Assembly (NCBI GenBank): GCA_045837725.1 | Contig: JBEWZL010000306.1 | Coordinates: 124,001-188,000, forward strand | Source: Vermamoeba vermiformis | Lineage: Eukaryota | Direction: 5' to 3' | DNA length: 64,000 nucleotides | Part shown: positions 39,358 to 52,149 of the stretch, in pieces | Layout of the letters: every line of letters begins with the position of its first letter | Position numbering within the stretch: position 1 is the first letter of the stretch | The notes under the pieces: generated by a model | The model's database searches: none | Seen by the model: the letters and a program-made list of their open reading frames with translations, nothing else | Told to the model about the DNA's origin: nothing | Translations under genes and position numbers: made by a program

Positions 39358-41141
39358 ATGTCCAAGAAGAAGAGGTAGAATAGCGATATGTTTGGTGCAG
39401 TAGAAGAGAAGTAAAGTTCGGCAAGTCGATATGAAGTGTTGCTTTTTTGGATGTAGATCTGTTCGTTGCTTTCTATGGTGAACTTTCGTTCAAGTGGCAG
39501 TTGTTCTTCGCGGTAGTTCTTGAGCGCTGTGTTGTTGCGTCTGTTTGTTGAAAGTAAAGTGACTAACGCAACGGTATTTATGTTTCCGCGTGCAACCACG
39601 GAATATCTGCGGAAGTCACGGCGATATACTCGTTCATGAACGAAATCGCGGAACAATTTGCCAAATTCAATGCGTGAATCAATTGCTTAGAATTCGCACG
39701 CGGAAAATATGTGAAATTATCCTCGTGCCGAGATTAATATACATCGCACGCGTATTAGAGTCATTTTTGCAATGGATCCGCCTCCAGAGTGCTATTAATA
39801 TCGCTAAATTATCGACGACGTGTAAGGTAGTAGTTAACGATATGATTCGTTCGGACCAACCGAAATCTTGAACCAAGTGTCATTTTAATGTCACGCGGAG
39901 ATTTGACGGTTATGCAGATCCGTAAACACAAATTAATGAATAAGCAAAGGCTTATATCGCTTATTGCGAGCAATTTTGGTTTGCCTTACGTGATGCCTCG
40001 AGGCAGTAAGAAGCGCGGCGAAGTCTTTTTCAGCGCTGGCTGAAAATAACTCTCAGCAACGTCAACTTGATTCGTACTACGCTGAAACCTACGACCGACG
40101 TGCCGTTCTTCAAACAGGGACTTGGAAATTAAGTAGGCGCAGTACGTAATGTCGGAGATTTAGTCAGATATACCAATTAAATTGAAAAATTTACGGCTTC
40201 AAATTTCCGAGCCTGATGCTATTTAGAGTACTTAGCGTGATCGTTGTGCTCGATTTAACATTTTGCCTCGGTCTATCACCGCTATCTGTTGGTGGCTACC
40301 AGAGTCAGTTTGTCGTTTAGATAAAACATCACCACACTACTACCATAAGAACCAACGATACAATAGGTTAGCGAGGACAAACCGACATTCGGTAGGTTTT
40401 CTATTCCAGTTTTTCCACGCTCTATTATAAATACGCGTACCTGACATTGACAACAGTACACGATGAAGTTGTTCAACTCATTACCGATCAGCCCACGAGC
40501 ATGGAAGTCCAGTGTTGGCGCCATCTGCAGGTAACCAGTTAATTAATTGCAAAAATATTTTTTAAATTGGTGTACGATAGTATTCAACTTAGTTTTGATT
40601 TTGGTTGTATTTTCAAGCATACAGCAATAGATCGAATATCTATTTTTTTTTTTTGAATTGGCTGAATATTTTGTCAATTTGAATTTACAACTAGTTTTGG
40701 AACTAACTGAAATTATAGAAGATTCCAAATTTAAATTAGCTGGGAAGCAAAATATTCCCACAAAAACCCCAGATTTTGGATTGATCAGCCTCGCTGCCTA
40801 ATATTACTCAAAGCTCTATAGCTAGTAAATATGCACAGACTGGGTAATACAGCTGCTTGTCGTGTTCAGAAGAAGCTACGTGGTCGTGGACATACACTGA
40901 ATATTGAGAATTGAGCGAAGGGCGATTTGAATCACTTTAAAACTTGGTAAGACTCCTACCAATTGAATAACGTTACATCGGTCATACTGTCGATGTGCAA
41001 TTACGGGAGAATCCCAGTGAGATTTAAAAACTTTGAAAATCTGTTGTATGTGGTTGCACTGTCGCAAAAGGATTTAACGCCATGAAAATGACATTTAATT
41101 TATTATAGTTTGCAACGCTCCACTCGATACCACAATACAAA

Positions 41142-42119
41142 ATGTTGAATCGCTTGTTATCATTTGCCGTACTGCTGTTGGTGCTCTCTCACATCTGCTT
41201 CGTTGAGAGCAAATGTGCTGACACCTGTACCTTATCACCTGAAGCTGTCCTTGGTCCTTATTACGTCGATCAAATGCTCGTTCGACAAAATATTACGTAA
41301 GTGATGCAAAGAAATTTCAAGTTTTTATCGTTGCTAACCCGTGGATCCAGCGAGGGCAACGAAGGAGTGCCATTGACTTTGAAGATTACCGTAGTCGATA
41401 CTAACACGTGCCAGCCTATTAAATGGGCAGCAGTCGATATTTGGCACTGCAACTCTCAAGGAGTCTATTCTGGCTTCGCTGCCGAGAACACTGCTGGAGA
41501 GACTTTTTTCCGCGGCATCCAGTTCACTGACGACAATGGCGAAGCAACCATTGACACTATCTACCCCGGTTGGTACAGCGGTCGTGTTACTCACATCCAC
41601 GTCAAGGTCCACATCAACACTACAGTCGACTCTGACGACACTTTGGCTACTGATGGTCACGTGTCCTTTGTCGGTCAATTCTTTTTCAACGACACCATCA
41701 CCAACGAAGTCGGCGAGCTCTATCCGTACAATCAGCACTCATCTGTTGCCAAGACGCCTTTAGAAGATGACAGCATCTTCACTACTTACGACGGTGAAGA
41801 CACGATGCTCAACCTCACTTTGATTGATGCCTCGAAGGGCTACTACGGCGGTGTTCTCGCTCAAATCAAGCTTGGCGTGGACTCGTTGGGCACTACTTCC
41901 GTGTCGCCTGCTGGTAACGCTGGTGGCAATCAACCGCCCGGCACTAACGGTGGTATGCCGCCTAACGGTCCTGGTGGGGCTCCTAGTTATGATTCTACTC
42001 CCACAGTCACTGCTCCTACTACGACCACTACTAACACAACTTCTCAAGTTTCCACCGCAACGATGATGTACTTTGCTGCCTACGTCGGAATTTTTACCGT
42101 TATTGTTGCCATGATGTAA
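41142..42119 (+). CDS. Secreted intradiol ring-cleavage dioxygenase-like protein 1 (GPI-like tail)
   Basis: Signal peptide; GPYY, VDIWHCNSQGVYS, RGIQFTDDNG, TIYPGWYSGRVTHIHVKVH. Confidence 0.88.
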
Positions 42120-42192
42120 AAAATGGCTGGATTTATTTATTTGCATTTTACAGCTTAATAAACGCAACAACTGCAAGTATTAAGCACTAAAA

Positions 42193-43143
42193 ATGAAAGT
42201 ATTATTGGTGTGGCTCTTGCTCAGCGTTTGTTTGGGATTGCAAATCTGCTTCGTGACTGCAGCTTGTCTTCAATCATCGTGCAAATTAGTCCCTGAGTCT
42301 ACTGAGGGACCATTCTATGCCCCATCAATGTTAGTTCGGCAGGATATTACGTAAGTAACCCAGACTGGTAAATTAATTAATACTCAGCCCCAATAATTTT
42401 ATAAAATCAAACAACGCTTTGTTAGACCACTATAATACTTGTGAATTATAAGCAGCATTATTTTCGATTTATTGTCTAGTTACTAACGCCATCTAGATCT
42501 AACGAAATCTAGAAACTAACTTGCTCGTTTATTTAGGGAAGGAAATCAAGGTGTACCGTTAATACTTAATGTCACTGTAATCGATACAAACACGTGTCAG
42601 CCTATCGTCGGAGCAGCAGTCGACATCTGGCATTGCAATTCTCAAGGCGTTTATTCTGCGTTCGCAGTTGAAGGCACAAATGGCGAGACGTTTTTGCGAG
42701 GTATTCAATTTACAGATGATAATGGCATAGCTTCATTTAAGACTATTTATCCTGGCTGGTACTCGGGAAGAGTGACCCACATCCACGTTAAAGTTCACAT
42801 TAATTCGACCCTTAATAATTCTTCTGGCACTATAATTGGTGGTCACGTGTCTCATACTGGGCAACTATATTTCAACGATACCTTAGACAACCAAATTGCA
42901 AAGCTGGCTCCGTACTCGGATCGTGCATCAGCCCTCACTCCACAAAACATGGATTCCATCTTTGTTAATCAAGGAGGCAAAGATACCTTACTTACGCTGC
43001 AATTCATCGACAAGGACACGCAATATAGTGGTGGATTCGTGGCGTCAATCATTCTTGGAGTGGATGCGCAGATCCCGAAAAATAACAGCTCTGGATCCGC
43101 CATTTCTTTTGCATGGCTATTACTCTTGCTTGCGCTATCATAA
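42193..43143 (+). CDS. Secreted intradiol ring-cleavage dioxygenase-like protein 2
   Basis: Same motifs and same first-intron position as copy 1; short hydrophobic C-terminus. Confidence 0.88.
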
Positions 43144-43151
43144 GCGTGGTC

Positions 43152-43499
43152 TTGGCATGAGGGTTTAGCCTGATGATTGCAAACTACGGTGGGTGACGGG
43201 CGCCGTAGTTTGTGCTCGGTATCCCGTACGATTCACACATACGGTATGAACGCCAGAATGGAGCAAAAGGAAGGGAATTGAATTGGCGTAGGGACCCACG
43301 CCACCGTTTTTATGTACCGCCCTTGCCGTCCCCCGCCACCACCATTACCCTTCGAGAGAGTTTTGAACGGAGGATGTTAATTTTTTCTGCTTGTAATTAC
43401 TACCGTTATGCATAATGCCTTGTACAAGGTACGGAGCCTCAGTTTGGGCTTAAAGAAATGCCGCGTAGGGACGCCCGTCCGAGGCTACAAGGATGCCAA
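43152..43499. ncRNA. Putative structured non-coding element of unknown class
   Basis: GC-rich intergenic segment with paired ends (TTGGCAT/ATGCCAA, TAGCCT/AGGCTA), a 10-bp hairpin and a long-range 8-bp complement. Confidence 0.35.
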
Positions 43500-43811
43500 A
43501 AAAATCAGAAAAATATGGTTAGTACATAGTGCACTTAGGATAATAATTTAACGAATGCTAACTTTGGATCTAGGGAACGCAGTTGCGGTTTCGTTTTTCC
43601 CGGCTAATTAACAGCTGTTAATTCGGCAAATTAGCATTAAATTATATAACTTTAATGAATAGCGAGTATGAGAACAGAATGCGTGCAAATTCGAAATAGT
43701 AGATCCTCATACTGTAATCGGAAAATTACACACGGAGTGATTTAATCCTTCATCGAGCCTATTATCCATTCAATTAAATAGTTTACTATATAACAACACA
43801 AATTGACAAAG

Positions 43812-44920
43812 ATGCAACGCATAATACATTTAATCGTGCTGATAGCTCTCTTGTGGACAAATAACGTTCGATCTGCTTGCATGACATCCACTTGCACACT
43901 AATTCCAGAAGCCGTAGAAGGCCCTTACTATGCCGATGATATGCTCGTGCGACAAGACATTACGTAAGTATCAATTATTACGCTATGTGATATTGTCAGA
44001 CAAAACGTCAATGTCAAATTAATTAAAGACTTGGATCTGACCATTTTTCATAATAGGGAAGGCAATACCGGCATCACTATGCTATTAAATGTTACTGTGA
44101 TCGATACAAACACCTGCCAGCCTATCGTCGGAGCAGCAGTCGACATCTGGCATTGCAATTCTCAAGGCGTTTATTCTGCCTACGAATCCGAGGGCACCGA
44201 AGACGAAACTTTCTTGCGCGGTATTCAATTTACTGATAGCAATGGCATTGCTTCATTTAAGACCATTTACCCTGGCTGGTACGTAACATTAAGACCTGAA
44301 CAAGTTTTCGAAAATTTATTTTTAAATTGCCTGTAAATTTAGCTTACTAATTCTTTTTGTATGATAAATAGGTACCAAGGACGAGTTACCCATATTCATA
44401 TTAAAGTCCATATTAACTCTACTATCGACGAAACCAACGGATCCATCACTGGCGGTCATGTTTCTCATACAGGCCAATTATTTTTCAACGAAACATTCAC
44501 CGCTTCTATTGCTCAATTATCTCCGTACAATCAACACTCATCGGTCGCTAGAACAGCTTTGGAATCGGATGGAATCTACAAGCAATCTCACGGCGAGTAC
44601 TCATTGTTGGATCTGCAGTTTTTGGACCCGACATCAAGTTACAGCGGCGGTATTGTCGGATCTATTGTGTTAGGTGTAGACTCGACGGCGGTCAGAAATA
44701 GCACAGACTCGTATGGCAGAATGTACGGACAAGGATGGCCTGCTGGACAAATCAGTAAGTACCCATCAAAATCGGTCGAAATTTCCTAGAACAAAAATTA
44801 ACTTCGTATTTTTTAGCTCTTATGGTGCTGTTCATGATGACTTTGGCAACAGTGGCAGGCTTAACCGCGTACGTTGTGGTATTGAAACGAAGAGCTCAAA
44901 AGCCAGCAATGGTCGAATAA
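43812..44920 (+). CDS. Intradiol dioxygenase-like protein 3, type-I transmembrane
   Basis: Same catalytic motifs. Extra introns at ~44279-44371 and ~44755-44816; last exon encodes LMVLFMMTLATVAGLTAYVVVL-KRRAQK (TM plus basic tail). Confidence 0.85.
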
Positions 44921-44967
44921 TCTTGTCGAGATCAACGCAAACTACTGCGAAATAAAATATTTATTTA

Positions 44968-47703
44968 TCACCATAAGGGCGGAGTAGATTTTTGCTTATA
45001 TTGAGAGGTAGGAACACGTGGCATACGAAATCCGATCAACGTCTCACTTTGTGCTAAAGCTTCGATAAGTCTCTTTTGTTGTTCTTCCGTCCAGTTCGGA
45101 GCCTTGGTAGAATAAGACTCGGAAATATACAACTCTTTGATGGTTTTGTTCGTTTTAACGAGGTCAATTACGTATTCCATGCCTTTTTCGGAGTTTACTT
45201 CCGAGTAGCTAATCACCAATCGTTCTAAAAGCGGATGATGAATGATGGCCTGGATGATTTTTTCCGTTGCTTCATATTCGATATGCAAGTAATATTCGAT
45301 ACGTAAGTCTCGCAATGGAATTCGATTCGCTAATGCTGTCGCCAAAGATTGACCAAATTTTGTTGAAACTTTTTCTCGGGACTCGTCACCAGACGCGTTA
45401 AGCTCCAATTTTTGCAAAGATTTGTTCGTAACTAGTGCTTCACCTAATTCATCAAGGAACGAGGCCCGGCTGGGATAGAAATTAAAGTGTTGAAGTTGAC
45501 AGGTGTCACTTTGCAAAAATTTTGCCAGTTGAATGCCGCTACCTCTCGCTTTCAGATGCTGCAACAACGGTGTGTTTGATAAGAATCCGAAGTCAGTTGA
45601 TGGCTCCAGATCGAGTTTTTGTAACCACGGAATGCTCAATAATCGATTCAGTAACTCGTTGTTGTAATAATCGTTGCGGAATCCAATAACTTTCAATTTC
45701 AACGACTTCAAGTTCGTATTTTGCGGCAAATTCTTTGCCAATTCTTCGAAAATATTTAACGGACACTTGTGTCCAATGCTGAATATTTGAGTATCTTCTA
45801 ATGTTCGAGAAGCTGCAATGGCCAATAAAATCTTCTTATTTGCGTCAACGTTATTTCTACTTTCATCACAATGTAATCGTTTTAAATGTCCTTTTGCTGC
45901 AAGTTCAAAAATTGCGTCCGCGAGCTCGATGTCTTCCACTGTCTGGAGTTCAATCTGCTCCAACGGACGTTCCATACTAAGTAGTGCCTTTGCTAGGGCA
46001 ACGCTGGAGCCTTGACGAGGTGTTCCTGTTATTTTGAGAGATTTCAATCGGCATTGAGGGTGTGAAAGTAATGAGCATAAAGCGTTAATTGCTGGGAAAA
46101 TTTTTTCTTCGTCGTCCGTGTCTTCGTTTATCCACTCATATAATTCGTATCCGTTCAGTGTTAAGTCCTCTAAATGAGCATTTCCGACTAGAAGCTGGAT
46201 GATTCTGTCTTCAAATTCGTGGAATGAATTGACATCAATATTTACGGATCTGATTTGACACGTGTCAAAGAATGTCTTCAACTTTGACAGCAGACTTTCC
46301 ATTTCTGGCCTTAATGCCTTCGAACAATGATAGCCTAAAGCTGCTTCGAATTTCGGGGATGAAAAGTCAATCTCGGTGATCAGATCCGGATGCGCGGTCC
46401 AATAGTCGAGTTGTCTGCCAACGATTTCAAGACGCTGCTTTGGTCGTTCAGCTTTTGAACCTAACAATATTTGATCGTCTTTGAGAACGTCAAAAAAGCT
46501 TGTAAATAGAGTGTGATATTCTCCTGTTACTGCTTTGTCGATGTAATTCTTGTACTGTTCAACTGTCATTTTCACACTTTTGTCAAGAACAATGTGAGCG
46601 AAGTGAGGGACCAACCTAATAATGATAATATTATTAGAATAGAATAAGTGAGGTATACTCGATTTACTTACCAAGGATATTTGAGGTCAAGTTCAGATGC
46701 GTCTTGTTCGATCGAACTGAACAACAAACCACAACGCAGTTCGTATTCTTTTTGAGTATCAATATCCTTGTATGATACGATTGAAATGTGTGGTTCATAG
46801 TTGTAGAAATCATTGCCCTGACCACTGTTGTACAACTTGTTGATCCATCCTTTGACGAAGTTTGTGTGACCGGATCTGCATTTGTCGATTTGATACATCT
46901 CTTTCCAAAACTCCTTGGTATTATCTGTTTGAATCTTTTGCACGATTTCAATAACGTTGTTCAAATATTTAACAACTGGATTGTGTCCTTCGTAATCTTC
47001 GCTTGATTTCATTTCTGAATTGAAAACTTCGGTGGCCATTCGGTAAAGCTTCTTTTCCAATGTGTGCCAGTCTTGTTTTGTTCCCAATACTTTAATACGG
47101 GGAATTCCACACTTAGTGAGAGCGTTATAATAGTAAGGGGACATTGCGTCACAAAAAGCAGCTTGGATCGCAAGACGAGACTCGCTATTGGTCGTTGAAA
47201 ATTCTGCAGTAAATAGCGATGCATCGACGGCTATATTTTTTGATAAAGCTGAGGCAGACACACGTCAGAAAAAAAGGAGAATTTCCGGATGATGTAGTTT
47301 TGAATTTCGCTTACCAGCAACAACTTGATCGAGATCTATCCGCCCATTTATAGGCGTAGTTAATATGAGTTTCTTCTCAGTGCTATCAGTGAATAAATGT
47401 CGATACGCCTCTGGTTCTGTTTTGATCTTTTCTGCCAAAACGCACAAGATCGTGTAAAAGATCATGTCAGGTGATATCACCACTGAAAAGTGATTGTACC
47501 ACGCGAGAGTCAAATAATGCATCATGTTCTTGTGCAACAGAGTTCTTCCTGGCTCAAAACGGATCGTGTTTTCAATTGCTTCTGTTACTCCTGGAGCTTC
47601 GGGAAATAAATCTGCAATATTTTGACTAATTTGACTCTTGATATCTATAGAATCAAGCTTCACGGGCTCCAAGTCGAGATTGACCGCGACATCCAAAAAT
47701 ACC
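44968..47703 (-). CDS. DUF4419 + LRR fusion protein, copy A2 (inverted paralogue of 32229-35067)
   Basis: Same intron positions; near-identical N-terminal exons; diverged LRR exon; first exon not located. Confidence 0.75.
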
Positions 47704-47974
47704 TAAAAAAAATTCGGGTTAGGAATTAACTTCATTGAACTGAAAAACGTAAATGTGGTTCTAATACCACATTAAAAATGAAAATAAATAGAATAAACGA
47801 TATTTGACACGTTCTAGTTTTTTTCTGCATCCGTGTTTCCATGTAGCTGGCTTTAACTTACATTCTCCATCGGTAATATATTTTATAATAACTGTATAAA
47901 TTAGTGACGAACCAAAGGCGTTGTGGTGTCCTCTGGAACGTGGTGTGAAAGAAACTGATTTTATTTTAGATGAA

Positions 47975-50416
47975 ATGTCAACAGCACAAGCAAACGATGT
48001 TAGTGCTATTATCAACTCACTCGCCAAAGAGAATATTAAGGTGAAGCAAGAATGGGCATCAGAATGCGCGGCACATCTGCGGAACATCAAGTCCACGAAA
48101 TTGATCGAGGATGCGTTTCAGCAATTTTTATATTCAGACCTTAATATAGTTGGCGAAGGATGTCTGCCGGACAATGTGGTTAAAATGCACGATAAAGTGT
48201 TACAAGGAAAATACGTGGTCCAGATCGGTGAGTTAAAAATACAAAAATTCGAAGAATAATTCCAGCCGATTAATTGTCATTATTTTCGCTTTCTAATAAT
48301 TACTAAATATTTTTTGTAATATTTTAAGCTTATTAAAAAAATTCCTCAATTTAAAATTTGGCGGGATCTAACTGTACCTTTGCCAGACGAAATCGTTAAC
48401 ATCGGCGAGCCAATGGATACGCGATATAAAGACAATGCTTCGCGGGTGCTAAAATTTTCATTGACCGATGGCAAGCAACGACTATTCGGTCTCGAATACA
48501 AACCAATCAAACAGCTCAAAGTCGACCACGTTGGCGTTAAGGTAATAAATACTCATAATATTATTATACTAAAATATTTCTTTAGATCGTTATTTGGGAT
48601 GTGTTAGTACGACGCGGAATGTTATTACTACAAGTAAGCCAGATCCGATTAATTTTTTATCGCTTTACTAACGACTAATTATAATAGGACAGTAATGTAC
48701 GGCTATTAGGCGGTTCAGTGAAACGATTAATCACTGAAGCAGCACAAGCTCGACAAAATGCTATTCGAAGGTCAGTCTGAAACCTACCCCTCCGAACCCG
48801 CATTAATTTTTTGTTCTATTTTTAGTCTCATTCCCGCTGAGTGGATGAGAATAGGTGAAGGCGGTGAAGAAGATGTGCGTGACTTGGAAAAAGAATTGGA
48901 AGAAAAACGATTGGCTGAAGAAGCGTTGGAAGAAGGCGCGTCACAGGCCTCAATAACGGACATTAATACCAACACGAATAATATTACCATAAATGGTAAT
49001 AATAACAACGGACGAGTTATTAGCAGTCCAATGACGAGTCCGATGACGTCACCAGTGAACACGATGAGAAAATCCAATCAATTTAGCACCAACAGCAGTC
49101 CGATATTTCCAACCGACTCATTCAACGATAATAATAACAACAATAGTAATAATAGATTTAATAATAATAATAATAACTTGTCGTTTTCGCCGCCGTTAGG
49201 ACGACAATCAATAGGCTCAAATTTATCCGTGTCACCGTTGAGCGCAGGTGGCCCACAAATGTCACCTGGAAATTTCAATCAGAGTCCTCGAACGAGTGCG
49301 GAATTACAGCGGAGAATGAGCGGAAGTTCTCACGGCAGTTTGTACGGCGAAATTGATCACGGCGCGGGAAGTGCGCCGTTCATGGACGAACCGATGGACA
49401 GTTTAGACGAAGAGACGATTAACGCTATTGATCAAATGGAACAACAAGCCATGTTAAAGTCACCACAGGCACCAGTTAATAATAACACGGTGAAAGGCGT
49501 TGTTATTAAAGAAGAAACTTTTGAGACTTTGAACGATGAAGAGATGGCTAAAGAAGGCACCAGAACTCTCGTGGACATTAAGACTGAAGATCCAGAAGAC
49601 GTCGATCAAATGCCAACGCAGCCTATGAAAGGTATATAATATCATGACCCTTTATATTAACGATGATACTAAGCTGTATATGTCCAAACAGGTCATATCG
49701 CGCAAGATGCGGACATGCATGATTTTGACGACTACGATGCTGACGACGGATTTGATCTTTTAGGTGGTCTAGGTACTATATCTTCCTATTATAGCATTAC
49801 TATCACGTGCTAATTGCAACTTCCAGACCAATCTGATGTGACGATGGTTCATGATCCGTGTTTCACTTACATCGCTGAAATACAAGAACAAGGCAAGACT
49901 TTAGACAAGCTTATTAGGGTTAAGGTAATAATACTCGAGCGTCTATGATATGATACGTTAATATTAATATGATGGTATGATAGGTCGCGGTCATGGAGTT
50001 GGTCAAAAATTCGTTTCAAACGAAAGAAAAATATTTTTTGAAAGTGAAAATAGACGATGGTACAGGCACTATGATATGTTCATTACAAAGCGACGTAAGT
50101 ATATTTTGCCTTATTATTGCTGCAATACGTTTAACTAAAACAACTTTTTTTTCAGATCATCGAAACTGTGTTAGGCTTATCCAACACGGAATTTGAAAGA
50201 TTGAAGATTTATAGCCCTAATGAAGTTAAAGATATCGCTAAGAAGCTCGAAGTATGGCTGTATAGTCTTGAAGGACTCATGGAAATTATGTATTATGATT
50301 TGAACGAGGATCCGATGATTGTGTCGTTGTTGGACATTGACACGGCAATGATCAAACGATTTTATGAGAATAATTTTGTAAATAGTCAGAATCCTAGAGA
50401 CGAAACTAAAAAATAA
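47975..50416 (+). CDS. RMI1: RecQ-mediated genome instability protein 1, multi-exon
   Basis: QQFLYSDL..CLP..LQGKYVVQI|DEIVNIGEP, RVLKFSLTDG..GLEYKPI, VRRGMLLL (N-terminal OB); C-terminal OB VKIDDGTG..LYSLEGLMEI. Confidence 0.85.
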
Positions 50417-50573
50417 ATGGCAAGTTGATCATCGACAAAGAAAAACACGTCGGATGCGAGGTTTCGTTTGCAGCCAAAACCAAACGACGGAATGTCTTGG
50501 AAAACTGATGTGGGGTGGGGGGGGATTTTGACGAAAACATTCAAAATACATACAAATTATTTTACCTACAACA

Positions 50574-52056
50574 ATGAACAAAGATTTTCTTGCAAGCCAA
50601 GCGAAATGGCATAAAGAAATGGCTTCCGATCTGTTGAATGATTCCGATGCAAATGATTTGTTTTCTGGTAAGGCTTCACCAATAAATGCAAATATATACT
50701 ATTTCGATGAAGTTACTGCTACCATCCTCGTGATTAATTGGACTGCCTCATTGCTTAACATTTTTTCGACAAAATTAAATATTTTTTTTAGCGTTAGCCC
50801 AAGGGAAAGCAAATTGTTGTGCTCCAATTACGTACGTATGTAATATTGTGTTCCAAATAACATTGGATTATCACCTTTATTTTAGTTGAGCCAAAAAGAC
50901 TCTTTGGGAGAAGCTCGATGTTTGGGACGATCTCTGTTTGCAGGCACGCGAAAAACAATTCTACGGCAATTACGAAGACAAAGACATTGAAAAGATGAAA
51001 AAACTGCTCAGCTTTGTTTCGGGAGGTGAGGAGCAATCTCTTCCTGTAGATTTGGACGAGCTCAAGAAAGCTGCGGAGATGCAGTCAGAGTATGCAACCA
51101 TTCAACTGAATAAGTTCGAACGCGTTCATTGCGATGCATTGTTTTTTGTTATGGAACATCTCTACAGAGTCGTTATTTGGGAATCTGATCGCATTACGCT
51201 GAACGAGAGCGAACTAACTCTTTGGAGTGAACGCTATGCTCAGTTCTGCTGCCGTGTAGGACGAGCAGATACTCATTTAGATCTGCGCCTCTACGCTCTA
51301 CGAGAAGCTGGAACCTCGATGCTCAAGTTGGCCAACAGATTCCCTGACAAGCCACTTTTTTGGATTTGGTACGCTCGATCTCAACACCTGTTATGTCGCG
51401 TTGTAGAAAACAGAGATGCTCGCTTGCAAATTGCAGTCAATTGCTTGAACAACTTGACGGCTGCAAAGGACCTTCCGGATGTGCGGATCATGCGAGCAGT
51501 TATGCTACGGCACAAAGCTGTCCTTTTAGCGCACACAACTGACCAATTAGCACAAAGAATACGCCCCCCTCCTTCAGCTGAATCACTTGAAGTATGGAAG
51601 AGTGCTGAACAACTTTTCAAAGAGACAAAGGGCGAGTTATTGAACGCAGATCTGCACTACAAAATCAATTTGTATCATTGGGCCTCGGCTCCAGGAACGC
51701 CAAAAGATTATTTTAACAATGCGCTCGATACAGCGGTTACTTTGGTCCATGACATTCCCTTCTTTGACGCGACAACGATTTACCCCTTGTGGGACGAATG
51801 GTGGAGAGAATTGAACTCCGACTTTTTTAATATATTCAAGACTGCAGCGTATCGATTGAAAACTGCCCAAGAACTGTACGAATTGTTGGAAAAGCTTCCT
51901 GAAATTGCTTTGATTGTTAAACCACGTGACCAAGGCGAGGCGGTATCGAAGAGAAAACACGATGATTCAATGATGGAAGAGGCATGCGAAAAAGAACAAT
52001 TGCACAAAAAGGCAAAGCTTGCTGACGCTGCAACAACCGAAATTTCTTCAATTTAA
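50574..52056 (+). CDS. Orphan helical protein with C-terminal NLS-like motif, paralogue B2
   Basis: LFFVMEHLYRVV, LWSERYAQF, KPLFWIWYARSQHLL and DVRIMR align with B1. Confidence 0.7.
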
Positions 52057-52149
52057 TGCCCTGGCGGATATCTGTTACAATCGAAATGTAAATAGTTTTT
52101 TTTCCAATTATTATTATACAGTAAATTTATGACTTTCAACCAAGCTGTA

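Noticed and set aside
33826-46270. TGACACGTGTCA palindromes at several sites
   Set aside because: Two are the same codons (FDTCQ) in the paralogous LRR exons and another coincides with an intronic TGAC branch point; no array or element structure.
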